This document shows, one piece after another, positions 20,067-20,815 of a stretch of DNA of 20,815 nt; position 1 is the stretch's first letter; each line of letters opens with the position of its first letter. The DNA is from Ginkgo biloba (taxonomy: Eukaryota; Plantae; Ginkgophyta). The translations under genes were made by a program, and so were the position numbers. The notes under the pieces are model-generated. The model made no database searches. It was not told where the DNA came from and saw only the letters and a program-made list of their open reading frames with translations. The stretch covers positions 15,282,802 through 15,303,616 of the forward strand of contig JANKJI020000001.1 of the NCBI GenBank assembly GCA_024626585.2, given 5' to 3'.

Positions 20067-20815
20067 TATATTAATTTCTAATTGATACCACATGAAAAAG
20101 AAATAAAATTCAAAATAAGGAAAAAAATGTAAAAATTGAATCCCTCGCCAAACATATAACAACCATGTGATTTGATTCTAAATGATGTACCTATTGGATT
20201 TTGGAGGCCTGAAGGAAAACATTTAGATGTGTGAAATAATATTATTAATAATACTAAGGGATAATAAAAAAATTTTATCATTAATGACTCTACAACACTA
20301 CTCTAAACTCTTTCCAACTTCTCTGTCAATTGTATGGTAAAGTTTTATGTTGTAAAATTAGCTAAAAATTAATCTAAGAAAAATGTGTAGCATTAATAGT
20401 AACATCATACCTTTTCCTAGTATGCATCATTCCTTTTCCTTACATGATATGATTTTTCTTATTTTTTCCATTGTGGGTTTTTCTCCATGTCATTGAATTT
20501 TCCCATAAGAAGGAAGTGCACCTTAAAAATATGTCAAACATGTGCAACTAAATATGTAAGCTAAGAAAATAACCTAAGAGTACGCGAAAATTTTCTAAAT
20601 AAATTACACAAAATCTTAGAAAGAATCTGTACACTTAATGGATATTGAAAAATAAGATCTAGAAATCTATTAAATATTCAAAGAAAGATCTAGAGCAAGT
20701 TCACAAGTATATTTTGGACAAATACAAAGTTCTCTCCAATTAATTAAGTGTTTAAAAGAGTATAAGAAAAAATGTGTGAGAATATAATATATGGCCTCTT
20801 TTATGTAAAAATCCA

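Overview
AT-rich eukaryotic DNA, most likely an intergenic region of a large plant genome (gymnosperm-like, inferred from the retroelement motifs and heavy CG/CHG decay). It comes from a fragmented assembly with 14 N-runs, about half of them exactly 100 N, i.e. probably gaps of unknown size. I can support no intact host gene, rRNA, tRNA or CRISPR array, and most ORFs in the supplied track are spurious. Contents in order: (1) a decayed minus-strand non-chromovirus Ty3/gypsy element (RNase H, integrase, PPT and two LTR-like copies ~74% identical; 1-4110); (2) a fossil plus-strand transcription unit (TATA, 94-nt GT-AG intron, ~430 codons in one frame, a 12-aa repeat and an ERDAAIM-like heptad coiled coil) lying between two different tandem arrays (7335-11448); (3) the 3' end of a Ty1/copia element with PPT and a ~200-bp LTR; (4) further TE remnants; (5) a ~1.25-kb CpG-retaining island (17580-18830) with a minus-strand TATA/Inr-like core, duplicated ACGT/GTCGAC motifs, a near-perfect 22-bp hairpin and a second fold-back that resembles MIR166 in both arms. 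The island and the fossil gene are the best leads. Neither amounts to a demonstrated new system on sequence alone.
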